Source: an uncultured Spirochaetota bacterium
GTDB taxonomy: Bacteria > Spirochaetota > Spirochaetia > SZUA-6 > Fen-1364
Direction: 5' to 3'
DNA length: 64,000 bases
NCBI GenBank assembly: GCA_963781885.1
Contig: CAWAHW010000002.1
Span: forward strand, 288,001 to 352,000
Both the position numbers and the translations under genes were made by a program. Below are positions 38,847 through 48,228 of this stretch, one piece after another. Numbering within the stretch: position 1 is the first letter of the stretch; each line of letters begins with the position of its first letter. The notes below the pieces were generated by a model that was not told the DNA's origin, did not search any database, and saw only the letters and a list, made by a program, of their open reading frames with translations.

Positions 38847-38876
38847 AGAATTCGCAGCCACGAAGGCAAGGATTTG

Positions 38877-38905
38877 AAAGGGGCGGCACATGCCGCTCCT
38901 TTTTT
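38877..38905 (+). terminator. rho-independent terminator
   Basis: AAAGGGGCGGCA-CA-TGCCGCTCCTTT followed by a T-run. Confidence 0.85.
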
Positions 38906-38989
38906 GTCTATGTTCCAATCATTCGGTGAGGCCGCATGGAGAGAATCCGGAATCCGCACATCAGGGACCCGCAGATGAGGATGATCGCT

Positions 38990-39296
38990 TCAGATCGTCG
39001 GCGGTTGGCAGATCCTTGTGCCGCTGCGCGCAGGCTTCGGATTCGCGCTTCGACCATTCGACTTCGCGCTTTTTCTTGAAGCGGCTCCCGGCGCGGCCCT
39101 GTTTCAGCAGGGGCTTCTCCTTCTTGTCGGGCTTGGTGCTGTCGCAGAAGCAGCCTGGAGCGTGACCCCGCGGTTCGCGTTGTACTTCGCACCGGGCGTA
39201 CGCTGGACCTTGTGTCCCGCGTATCGCCTGGTAGACGGCACGTCGTACATGAGCCTCGATATTCCGCTCACCCTGGGGATGCGATTCAGCTTCTGA
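38990..39296 (+). pseudogene. probable 3' remnant of an outer-membrane beta-barrel gene
   Basis: Alternating hydrophobic strands ending LTLGMRFSF (terminal Phe); no signal peptide or clear start. Confidence 0.45.
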
Positions 39297-39444
39297 GCCG
39301 GCGCCCCGTCACGCCGGGTGCATTCCCCTTGCCCGCCATTTCAGAAGGGCTGGTCAAACCGGCGTTCGCGTAGTACACATTTGCATCGGCGCGGTGCGCC
39401 CCGGCGCGATCCTGGCATCAGCAGATTCAAACGGCGGTGAATCG

Positions 39445-40743
39445 ATGGCAGCAGAAAAGAGCTTCGGTTTCGACACGCGCATGGTGCACGCCGGCCACAT
39501 ACCGGATTCGCAGACCGGTGCCCGCGCGGTGCCCATCTATCAAACGACCTCTTTCACCTTCTTCGACGCGGACCATGCCGCGGACCTCTTCGACCTGAAG
39601 CAATACGGGCACATCTATTCGCGCATCAGCAACCCAACGGTCTCCGTGCTCGAAGAAAGGGTTGCTTCGCTGGAAGGGGCAACGGGGGGAGTTGCGGCAT
39701 CGAGCGGCCTGGCAGCCCAGCTTGCCGTTTTCATGACCCTGCTGGAGCCCGGGGACGAGGTGGTCTCCTCGTCGCACCTCTACGGGGGAACCGCCAACCA
39801 GTTCACCTACACGCTGCCGAAGATGGGCAACAAGGTCACCTTCGTCGACCCGACACGACCGGACGACTGGGAGGCGGCCATCACCCCGAGGACGCGCGCG
39901 CTCTACGGGGAGACCGTCGGCAATCCCCAGGGAAGCATCCTCGACCTCGGGCGGCTGGCGGAGCTGGCCGCGGCAAGGAAGATCCCGCTTATCGTGGACA
40001 ACACCGTGCCAAGCCCGTACCTGTGCCGGCCCATCGAGCACGGGGCGACCATCGTCATCCATTCGGCAACGAAGTTCATCGGCGGTCATGGAAGCTCGCT
40101 GGGCGGCGTGCTCGTGGACTCGGGGAAGTTCGACTACTCCCGCTTCCCTTCCATCGCGGAGCCCTCTCCGCAGTACCACGACCTCCGCTTCTACGACACA
40201 TTCGGACACTACGGATTCCTCATGAAGGCGCGCATGGCGACCATGCGCGACAGCGGCGCCTGCCTTTCACCTCTCAATGCGTTCCTCCTCATCCAGGGAT
40301 TGGAGACGCTGTCGCTGCGGATGGAACGGCACATGGAGAACACGCGCAAGATTGCCACATTTCTGCACGGCCATCCCCGCGTGAGCTGGGTCGCCTGGGC
40401 AGGGCTGCCGGACCATCCGCAGCACGCGCTGGCTGAAAAATACCTGCCCCGAGGGCCGGGCTCCGTCTTCTCATTCGGCATCAAGCCCGGGCCGGGCGAG
40501 ACGGCGCGCGCCGCGGGAAAGGGATTCATCGAGCGCCTGAAGCTGTTCAGCCACCTCGCCAATATCGGCGACGTGCGAAGCCTCGTGATACACCCGGCAT
40601 CGACGACGCATCGCGAGATGTCGGATGAAGCGCTGGAGGCGGCCGGCGTCGGCCCGGACCTCATCCGCCTGTCGATCGGCATCGAAACCGTGGAGGACCT
40701 GTTATGGGACTTGGATCAGGCATTGCATGCGCCATCACGCTGA
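39445..40743 (+). CDS. metY: O-acetylhomoserine aminocarboxypropyltransferase
   Basis: PIYQTTSF, YSRISNPT, HSATKFIGGHG (PLP Lys), HLANIGDVRSLVIHPASTTH. Confidence 0.93.
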   Translation: MAAEKSFGFDTRMVHAGHIPDSQTGARAVPIYQTTSFTFFDADHAADLFDLKQYGHIYSRISNPTVSVLEERVASLEGATGGVAASSGLAAQLAVFMTLLEPGDEVVSSSHLYGGTANQFTYTLPKMGNKVTFVDPTRPDDWEAAITPRTRALYGETVGNPQGSILDLGRLAELAAARKIPLIVDNTVPSPYLCRPIEHGATIVIHSATKFIGGHGSSLGGVLVDSGKFDYSRFPSIAEPSPQYHDLRFYDTFGHYGFLMKARMATMRDSGACLSPLNAFLLIQGLETLSLRMERHMENTRKIATFLHGHPRVSWVAWAGLPDHPQHALAEKYLPRGPGSVFSFGIKPGPGETARAAGKGFIERLKLFSHLANIGDVRSLVIHPASTTHREMSDEALEAAGVGPDLIRLSIGIETVEDLLWDLDQALHAPSR

Positions 40744-41243
40744 ACTCGGCGCTCACCGCCGCACAGAAGGCCGCCTACCAGGATTCTGAGGTCGTCCGGC
40801 GCATCCTGAATACGGCGCGGCGGATCGTGATCGTGGGATTGTCCTCCGACCCGCAGAAGGCAAGCTCGTATGTCGCAAGCTACCTGCGCGGCGCCGGCTA
40901 CGAGGTCATCCCGGTCAATCCGAAGGCGCGGGAGATCCAAGGTCTCCCGTGCTACCCGCGGCTTGCGGACGTGCCCGCTCCCGTCGATCTTGTCGACATC
41001 TTCCGGCCCGCGGCCGAATGCCCCGGGATCGTGGAGGAAGCGATCGCGGCAGGGGCGCGCGCCGTCTGGATGCAGTTGCGCGTCATCAGCCCGGCCGCGG
41101 CGGCGCGCGCCGTGGAGGCAGGACTGGACTGCGTCATGGACCTTTGCGTGAAGATGGAGCATGGCCGGTACACGGGCGGCCTCCACGAGGCGGGCATGAA
41201 CACGGAGATCGTTTCCGCGCGCCGCGTCCACCGGGCGATCTGA
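40704..41243 (+). CDS. CoA-binding protein (YccU-like)
   Basis: IVGLSSDPQKAS, IPVNP, VDLVDIFR, VWMQL, CVKMEH; start uncertain. Confidence 0.85.
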   Translation: MGLGSGIACAITLNSALTAAQKAAYQDSEVVRRILNTARRIVIVGLSSDPQKASSYVASYLRGAGYEVIPVNPKAREIQGLPCYPRLADVPAPVDLVDIFRPAAECPGIVEEAIAAGARAVWMQLRVISPAAAARAVEAGLDCVMDLCVKMEHGRYTGGLHEAGMNTEIVSARRVHRAI

Positions 41244-41258
41244 CCAGGAGCGCAATCC

Positions 41259-42077
41259 ATGAAGGCCCAAATCAGCTATTTCACGGGAACCGGCAATAGC
41301 CTACGCGCCGCGGATCTCTGTCGCCAGGCGCTGGAGGCCGCGGGGTATGAGACGGCCCTGAACGAGATCAGGCGCGGCGCGGCTCCCGTGCTCGACGGCG
41401 TCGACCTGTTCGGTCTCTGCTGCCCGGTCTATTCGCTGGGGGCGCCGCGCATCGTCCGCGAGTTTCTGCAAAGCTTGCCGGCCGTCCCCTCCCCGGTCCG
41501 GGCATTTGTCCTGGCGACCGCGGGTGACGCGCAGGACGTGGGTTGGACCATGCAGGAGGCCGCAACGGCCCTGGGCGCGAAGGGCTTTGACGTCGTCGTT
41601 GCCGATGCCGTGGAGATGCCGAACAACTGGCTGCCAATGTCGTATGTACCCACCGCCGCCGAGGCGGCGGAGATACTTGCGGCTGCGGAGTCAAAGATCA
41701 GCCAGACAGTTGCCGCGCTCCTGGCGGGCAGGCGCATCGTGCGGCCCCTGGACCTGGGGAGCATGGGCCGCGTACGCTCCGCCATGCTCCACGGGGCATT
41801 CCATCGCCTGGGCATACGCCGGCTGTGGTTCTTTTTCCGTACGAGTGACGCATGCACGGGCTGCGGTCAATGCGCGCGCATCTGCCCGACCCAGAGCATC
41901 AGCATGGTGAAAAGCCGACCGCGCTGGTCGCGGACCTGCGAGCAATGCCTTCGGTGCATGCACTTCTGCCCGTCCCGCGCCATCACGCAATTCGAGCTCA
42001 TGGGCAAGGGGAGCGCGCGCAACCGCTACCACGAGCCGCACTTCACGCCAGCGGGGCTGGAGGCGCCCGGGGTATGA
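41259..42077 (+). CDS. EFR1-type flavodoxin/4Fe-4S ferredoxin fusion
   Basis: YFTGTGNS; MPNN; CTGCGQCARICP and CEQCLRCMHFCP. Confidence 0.88.
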   Translation: MKAQISYFTGTGNSLRAADLCRQALEAAGYETALNEIRRGAAPVLDGVDLFGLCCPVYSLGAPRIVREFLQSLPAVPSPVRAFVLATAGDAQDVGWTMQEAATALGAKGFDVVVADAVEMPNNWLPMSYVPTAAEAAEILAAAESKISQTVAALLAGRRIVRPLDLGSMGRVRSAMLHGAFHRLGIRRLWFFFRTSDACTGCGQCARICPTQSISMVKSRPRWSRTCEQCLRCMHFCPSRAITQFELMGKGSARNRYHEPHFTPAGLEAPGV

Positions 42078-42107
42078 CCAGAGCCCGCGCCCGCTGCGCG
42101 GCACTCT

Positions 42108-43625
42108 TTACGTGAACCGGGCCCTGATCTCCGCGCTCACGTAGTCCAGGATGGCCACCGTGACCGCGATGAACCATACCGCGATACCGGCGGACCGGTA
42201 GTCCAGGAGCCGGATATACTGCACGAGGATGAATCCCACGCCCCCGCCGCCCACCAGGCCGATGACCGTCGACATGCGCACGTTCACGTCCCACCGGTAG
42301 ATGGAGAACGACACGAACGGGGAGATCATCTGCGGCACCACGGCGTACATGATGGTCTGCAGGCGCGTTGCCCCGGTGGCCTGTATCGCCTCGATGGGAC
42401 CAGGGTCGATCCCCTCGATGGCCTCCGAATAGAGCTTGCCGAGCGCTGCCACGGAATGCACCGTGAGCGCGACGATGCCCGCGAACGGCCCCAGGCCGAC
42501 CCACACCACCGCGATGAGCGCCCAGATGAGCGGCTCGATGGCGCGGATGACGTTCAGGATCGTGCGCGTGAGATAGTAGATGCCCACGAGGAGCGGCGAG
42601 CCGGACATGATGTTGCGCGCCGCGAGAAAGCTCACGGGGATGGAGAGGATGATGCCGAAGAGGGTCGCCATCATGCCCATGAATATCGTCTCCACCATGC
42701 GCTGGATCACGAGCAGGAGCGGCTCGCTCGGCTTCAGCGGGGCATATCCCACGGTCTGACGGGCCTCGACGCGATGCGGCTGTTCCTTGCCCTTTGCCGA
42801 TGGGCCGAGCGAGTACGGCATCACGACGTCCACCGTGAAGGCGCCGGTCTCATCGGGCATGACGGAGAGGTAGGAGCCGCTCTTGCGGAGCTGGAAATTG
42901 TTGCCCAAGGGATCGACCCACCACATCTCCACGGGGATGCCCGTCCTGAATCCAGTTGCCGTCAGGTGGAGTGTCGTGCCGACGATGGTCATGTTGTTGT
43001 CATCCAGCGCGGATAGCTCGCCCGTGCGGGGCGAGGAGTCGAGGTGCGGCTTGCCCTGCATGACGGGATCCGGCGCCGGTCCCCCGTTGGCGGCCGTCGG
43101 CACCATGATGGAGGCGCCGGCCACCGAGAGAATCGGGTCGCGCTCGACGGCGGCCTTCCACGGCCAGATCACCTCGCCCAAAGGCTTCATCGCCTGCGGG
43201 AAATCCTTCACGAGCTTCGCGGGAGAGATCTCGCTGATCTGCCAGCCCAGGGCGAAGAAGGCCAGGAGGATCAGCGCGAACATGACGAATCCCCCGCGGC
43301 GATCCTTTGCCTGCCGCCGGGCGTCCCAGGCGTTCCAGATCCAGATCAGGGCCGTGAACGCGAGCAGGGTCGCCGTGAAGCCCGGCTGCAGCTCGAATGC
43401 CTTGGCGATCTTTGCCGCCAGGGTCGTCTGCAAATGGCCGATCAGGTCCACTCTCCAGAGCAGCATGCCGAGGATTGCCGCGGCGGAGCAGAGGATCAGG
43501 ACGCCGCGCCACACCGCGCGTCCAAGGGCCTGGCCGAGGCCCGGCACGATGAGGGAGCACAGGCCGGCAACCCAGGGAGGGACAAGGGAGGGGAGCACCT
43601 CTTTGCGGGGGCCTTTCCTTCTCAT
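42108..43625 (-). CDS. phnE: phosphonate-type ABC transporter permease, extended
   Basis: KLYSEAIEGIDPGPIEAIQATGA, YRWDVNVRMSTVIGLVGGGG. Confidence 0.88.
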   Translation of the reverse strand: MRRKGPRKEVLPSLVPPWVAGLCSLIVPGLGQALGRAVWRGVLILCSAAAILGMLLWRVDLIGHLQTTLAAKIAKAFELQPGFTATLLAFTALIWIWNAWDARRQAKDRRGGFVMFALILLAFFALGWQISEISPAKLVKDFPQAMKPLGEVIWPWKAAVERDPILSVAGASIMVPTAANGGPAPDPVMQGKPHLDSSPRTGELSALDDNNMTIVGTTLHLTATGFRTGIPVEMWWVDPLGNNFQLRKSGSYLSVMPDETGAFTVDVVMPYSLGPSAKGKEQPHRVEARQTVGYAPLKPSEPLLLVIQRMVETIFMGMMATLFGIILSIPVSFLAARNIMSGSPLLVGIYYLTRTILNVIRAIEPLIWALIAVVWVGLGPFAGIVALTVHSVAALGKLYSEAIEGIDPGPIEAIQATGATRLQTIMYAVVPQMISPFVSFSIYRWDVNVRMSTVIGLVGGGGVGFILVQYIRLLDYRSAGIAVWFIAVTVAILDYVSAEIRARFT

Positions 43626-43629
43626 GCGC

Positions 43630-44412
43630 TCACTCCTCCACCGAGAGCCCGGCGCTCGTGCGCACGGCTTCCTCGCCGTAGACGTCCTTGAACTCGGAGT
43701 CCGTCATACGCCGCACGTCCTCACCCGTGCCCTGCCAGACGAGGCGCCCCGCCCGCAGGCCGATCACCTGTGTCGCGTACTTCTGCACGAGATCGAGGTA
43801 GTGAAGGCTGCAGAGCACCGTGATGTGGTCTTCCCTGTTGAGCCTCTCGAGGTAGCCGAGGATGGAATGCGCGAGCACCGGGTCGAGGCTCGCGACCGGC
43901 TCGTCGGCGAGGATCATGCGGGGCTGCTGCATGAGGGCTCGCGCGATGCCGACGCGCTGCTGCTGCCCGCCGGAGAGCTCGCGCGCCTGCTTGCGTGCCT
44001 GCTCCCGCAGGCCGACCCGGTCGAGCGCCTTCCAGGCGAGCTCCCGGTCCGCGACGGGAAAGCGATGCACGAGGCTTGCGGCCGTATTGACGTACCCCAG
44101 CCTGCCCGCGAGCACGTTCGTGAGCACCGACGACCTCTTTACGAGATTGAACTGCTGGAAGACCATGCCGATCTGCCGCCGGACGCGGCGAAGGTCCTCA
44201 CCCTGCATCGCGGTCACGTCAACGCCGTCCCAGAGTATCTTCCCCTCCGTGGGATCGTGCAGGCGATTGATGCAACGCAACAGGGTTGATTTGCCGGACC
44301 CGCTCAGGCCGATGATGACCAGGAACTCCTGCGGGCGCACGGTGAAGCTCACGTCGCGGAGGGCCACGGTGCCGTCGTCGTATGTCTTGGAAAGGTGCTG
44401 AACCTCGAGCAT
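43630..44412 (-). CDS. phnC: phosphonate-type ABC transporter ATPase
   Basis: GLSGSGKST, LSGGQQQRVGIARA, ADEPVASLDP. Confidence 0.9.
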   Translation of the reverse strand: MLEVQHLSKTYDDGTVALRDVSFTVRPQEFLVIIGLSGSGKSTLLRCINRLHDPTEGKILWDGVDVTAMQGEDLRRVRRQIGMVFQQFNLVKRSSVLTNVLAGRLGYVNTAASLVHRFPVADRELAWKALDRVGLREQARKQARELSGGQQQRVGIARALMQQPRMILADEPVASLDPVLAHSILGYLERLNREDHITVLCSLHYLDLVQKYATQVIGLRAGRLVWQGTGEDVRRMTDSEFKDVYGEEAVRTSAGLSVEE

Positions 44413-44484
44413 GGGCGGGCCGCTCCTTCCTGCAAACAGGGGGCCGCGCGGCCCCCTGTGAATCGATCAGGTCTGTCCGGTCCC

Positions 44485-45384
44485 TTATTTCTTCGGAAGA
44501 AGGACGTCCGCCGTCACGCCGGCCGCCTGCAGCACCTGGCGGAATCCGTCGTAGAACGAATCGTCGTGCTTTTCCAGCGCGGTCCACTGGTAGGCGGTAT
44601 TGATCGCCGCCTTGCCGGCATCGGTCTTGATGATGTCGAGCAGCGCGTTGACGATCGTGTTCCGCAATGCCGCGGTGACCGACGGATGGAACTGCACGCC
44701 GTCGTTGGGGATGTTCCCCGATATCTTCACGACAACCACTTTATCCATCACGTCGGGATGGTCCGCCTGGATATTCGCCCGGGCGTCGACAAAGCACGCG
44801 CCGGCGTCGGCCTGTCCGTTGTAGACGGCGGTGGCGACTGCCGGATGGCTGCCGGCGTCGATCACCTTCATGTCCTTCTCAGGGTCGAGCCCGGCCGCCT
44901 TGAGCATGAGGCTGGGTATGATCCAGCCGCTGGCGGACAGGGGGTCGACGCGCGCGAAGGTGTGACCCTTGAGGTCGGCCAGTGTCTTGATGCCCAGACC
45001 CGCCTGCGCGATGATCTCGCCCTGGTAGAACGCGCTGCCGTTCCTCTGGGACACGAGCGCGGCCTGCGCCACCTTCTGGTCGGCGGCGAGGATGTACGCG
45101 GCCGTTGCCAAAGACGTCATCTGCGCTTTGGGCGGGTTGGCCTTCAGCGCCTCGATGACGCCGACGTAGTCCGTGGCGACAAACGTCTTGAAGAAGAGAC
45201 CCGTCTTTGCGTGCAGCAGGTCGGCGACGCTCTGGGCGCCCGCGGAGACCTTCGATGTATCTCCCGACGGCACGTACGCCCAGATGATGGGATTCTTTTC
45301 GCTTCCCAGCGGGTCGGCTGCCATGGCGGCCATGGCGGAAAGCACAAGCAGGGCGGCCACGAGGATCGAGACTTTCCTGGACAT
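44485..45384 (-). CDS. phnD: phosphate/phosphite/phosphonate ABC substrate-binding protein
   Basis: Signal peptide; DYVGVIEAL, DPLSASGW, GSH, IPND. Confidence 0.85.
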   Translation of the reverse strand: MSRKVSILVAALLVLSAMAAMAADPLGSEKNPIIWAYVPSGDTSKVSAGAQSVADLLHAKTGLFFKTFVATDYVGVIEALKANPPKAQMTSLATAAYILAADQKVAQAALVSQRNGSAFYQGEIIAQAGLGIKTLADLKGHTFARVDPLSASGWIIPSLMLKAAGLDPEKDMKVIDAGSHPAVATAVYNGQADAGACFVDARANIQADHPDVMDKVVVVKISGNIPNDGVQFHPSVTAALRNTIVNALLDIIKTDAGKAAINTAYQWTALEKHDDSFYDGFRQVLQAAGVTADVLLPKK

Positions 45385-45497
45385 GCAAACCTCCTTTGGT
45401 AGGTGAACGTTTTCGCTAGAGTACGTGAGCCGCCGGCCCGCGTCAAGCAATTCCCCTTTTCTTGCCTTCGGCGCGTCTCGAGGATAGACTCCCTGCC

Positions 45498-46220
45498 ATG
45501 GCTGCGGACATCCATGAGGTCATCCTTCTCCTGGGCAGGCCGGCCTCCGGCAAGAGCGAGACGTTGGACTATCTCCAGCGCTGCGATCCCGTCGAGCGCA
45601 GGGCGCGCTTCAGGATCGGCCGTCTCCTTACCCTGGACGATTTCCCCCTTCTCTGGGCGTGGTTCGAGGAGGACGACCTGCTTTCGGCCATGGGAAAGCC
45701 GCGTCTGCACACGACTGCCGATGGATACTTCTCCGCGCGTCACCTCTGGGACGTGCTCATCAGGCGGCTGTGTCTGGAGTACGACAAGCTGTGCGCCCGG
45801 GAGCCATCGCTTCTCCAGACGACCACGGTCATCATCGAGTTCTCCCGGGGGACGGAGCACGGCGGCTATGCAATGGCGCTGGAAGCGCTTTCCGACACCG
45901 TACTCCGCAGGGCGGGGGCGCTCTACGTCTCCGTGTCGTTCGAGGAGTCTTTGCGGAAGAACCGCCGCCGTTTCAACGCGGCCAGGCCCGACAGCATACT
46001 GGAACACGCCCTGCCGGACGACAAGCTGGAGAGGCTTTACAGGCTCGACGACTGGAACGACCTTCCGCGATCCGACCCCGGGCATCTCATCGTCCGCGGG
46101 CAGCGCATGCCGTCCGTCGTCTTCGACAACGACAACGATGTCACGACGCCCCGGGGCGAGGCGCTGGGGGCCCGGCTGGAGGCGACCCTCGGGACGCTCT
46201 GGGATCGCCGGCGGACGTGA
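45498..46220 (+). CDS. hypothetical P-loop NTPase/kinase-like protein
   Basis: LLGRPASGKSE Walker A; IIEFSRG; promoter TTGCCT-17-TAGACT 7 nt before ATG. Confidence 0.75.
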   Translation: MAADIHEVILLLGRPASGKSETLDYLQRCDPVERRARFRIGRLLTLDDFPLLWAWFEEDDLLSAMGKPRLHTTADGYFSARHLWDVLIRRLCLEYDKLCAREPSLLQTTTVIIEFSRGTEHGGYAMALEALSDTVLRRAGALYVSVSFEESLRKNRRRFNAARPDSILEHALPDDKLERLYRLDDWNDLPRSDPGHLIVRGQRMPSVVFDNDNDVTTPRGEALGARLEATLGTLWDRRRT

Positions 46221-46317
46221 GGCTGCGTGCGTCAAAGGGGAGCTCGCCGATGAGCCGGCATGAGGCACCCCGCGGCCCGGGGGGACCCGCGGGCTGCGCT
46301 CGCGTCGGGGACTTCTC

Positions 46318-47403
46318 CTATGCGGTTGCGCCGGGTCGGCGGAGCTGGCGGGTGAGCTCCCTGAAGGTGAGGAGAAGCTTCCTTTTCTCGTCCCAGACCT
46401 TCAGGCGCACGGACCTCAGGCTGGGCCACAGCCGCAGGGGATCTGAAAGCTGGAGCTCCGGCGTCTGATTCAGGCATTCCTGCAGATTGTAATTCGGGAT
46501 CCGCGGCCGCAGATGGTGGATGTGGTGGAACCCGATGTTGCCCGATATCCACTGCAGGAGCTTCGGGAGCTTGTAATACGATGAGCCCTGCATCGCGGCA
46601 TCCATGGATTCCCACTCCTCCGTGCGCGCCCAGTAGGCCGGGTCGAACTGATGCTGCACGTAGAAGAGCCACACGCCGCCGGCGCCGCCCAGCAGCATCA
46701 CCGGCATCTGGATCAGGAGGTATGCCTTGATGCCGATGGTGAGCGATGCCGCCGTGACGATCCCCGCGATCACGAGGTCAGTCAGAAGGATGCTGAGCAT
46801 CTGCTTCCTGCCGGTGCCGCGCCCCGGCCACCGCTGACCGAGCACGAATATGAAAAATGGCCCCAGGCCGAACATGATCAGCGGATTGCGGAACAAGCGG
46901 TAGCGGAAGCGCCGAAAAGGGGTGCTTGCCACGTATTCATCCGCCGTCATCGTCCACACGTCGCCCACGCCGCGCCTGTCCAGGTTGCCGGAGGTCGAAT
47001 GGTGGATGCCGTGCTCGTGCCTCCAGTTCGCAAAGGACGAGAAGGTGAGCACGCCCGTGATGTTGCCGATGATCTGCCGTCCCAGCTCCGATGCGACGTA
47101 CGAACCGTGGCCGCAATCGTGGAAGAAGATGAAGATGCGCACGAGAAGCGCTCCCGCCGGCACGGCAAGCAGGAACGTGATCCAGTACGGCAGCCCCCAC
47201 CTCATGGTCAGGTACATCAGGACCAGCAGGGCGAGGTAGGGAATCAGGGTATCGATCAGTTGCACGGCCGCCTTGCCCGCGTTCGGCTTTTCGAATTTTT
47301 TCAGGCCGCTGACCCAGGCTGGCTTTTGCGTTTTTGCGGTGAAAGCGGTATCGATGGGGGACGCCGGCGCGCCGTGAGCGGCTCCCGGATTTTCTTCAGG
47401 CAT
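46318..47403 (-). CDS. des: membrane fatty acid desaturase (Bacillus Des-like)
   Basis: His boxes HDCGH, HGIHH, HHIHH; WLFYVQHQF. Confidence 0.92.
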   Translation of the reverse strand: MPEENPGAAHGAPASPIDTAFTAKTQKPAWVSGLKKFEKPNAGKAAVQLIDTLIPYLALLVLMYLTMRWGLPYWITFLLAVPAGALLVRIFIFFHDCGHGSYVASELGRQIIGNITGVLTFSSFANWRHEHGIHHSTSGNLDRRGVGDVWTMTADEYVASTPFRRFRYRLFRNPLIMFGLGPFFIFVLGQRWPGRGTGRKQMLSILLTDLVIAGIVTAASLTIGIKAYLLIQMPVMLLGGAGGVWLFYVQHQFDPAYWARTEEWESMDAAMQGSSYYKLPKLLQWISGNIGFHHIHHLRPRIPNYNLQECLNQTPELQLSDPLRLWPSLRSVRLKVWDEKRKLLLTFRELTRQLRRPGATA

Positions 47404-47573
47404 TCGTTCCTCCTCTGGAGCGCTCTCGGAACGCTTCGACACACAAATATATCCAATTTGCCGATGGCGGGGTCCGATAGGGATGATATTTCACTTCAGG
47501 GCGCCGCCATGACGCGGGAGAATCGTGCGGCCACTTTCTGCCCGGCAGCGACAGCAGTACTCCGGCGCTCCTC

Positions 47574-47799
47574 TTGACAAAGGGTCGGTGATCCTGTAGA
47601 GTACCCGTGAATACCACAAGATGGCTTCGTGGATTCCGATGAAACAAAAGAAGCCTGAACATTAGGGCCTTTCCAATCCTACCCTGAAGGAACACCCGAC
47701 CGGACAGTGCGGCATCTCCGAAAGATCCAGCGACGTTCTGCTCCTTGGGCGGTATGGAGCAAAGGGCGATGATGGACCGACACTCCTGAGGAGGAGAAC
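47574..47799 (+). promoter_or_regulatory. promoter and ~190-nt 5' UTR of the RRM gene
   Basis: TTGACA (47574)-17-TAGAGT (47597); hairpins GGCTTC/GAAGCC and TGCTCC/GGAGCA; GAGGAGG SD. Confidence 0.6.
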
Positions 47800-48093
47800 A
47801 TGAACAAGAAACTTTACGTGGGCGGACTTTCGTATTCAGTGACGGACGCGCAGCTCCAGGCGCTTTTCGCCAGCCATGGGACGGTTGAATCCGCCAAGGT
47901 CGTGATGGACCGCGAAACGGACCGCTCGCGCGGATTCGGATTCGTCGAGATGAGCACGCAGGAAGAGGCCGAAAAGGCCATCGCAGCGCTCAATGGGACG
48001 CAGCACGAGGGGCGGAGCCTCACGGTGAACATTTCCAAGCCCCGCGAGGATCGTCCCGCGCGGAGCGGCGGCGGCGGACGCGACCGCTACTAA
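47800..48093 (+). CDS. RRM-type RNA-binding protein with Gly/Arg tail
   Basis: KLYVGGL (RNP2), RGFGFVEM (RNP1). Confidence 0.95.
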   Translation: MNKKLYVGGLSYSVTDAQLQALFASHGTVESAKVVMDRETDRSRGFGFVEMSTQEEAEKAIAALNGTQHEGRSLTVNISKPREDRPARSGGGGRDRY

Positions 48094-48114
48094 GCGGCAC
48101 AACTTTCAAACAGG

Positions 48115-48144
48115 CAGGGGGCAGGTCGGCCCCCTGTTTTTTTT
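48115..48144 (+). terminator. rho-independent terminator
   Basis: CAGGGGGC-AGGTCG-GCCCCCTG followed by T8. Confidence 0.9.
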
Positions 48145-48228
48145 GCGTCTTCCTCTTCGTTGACTCCGACGATTTTATCTGTTACATTACTGATGTATTG
48201 TCGGTCCGGCGAAAGGAGTGTGGCCCCT

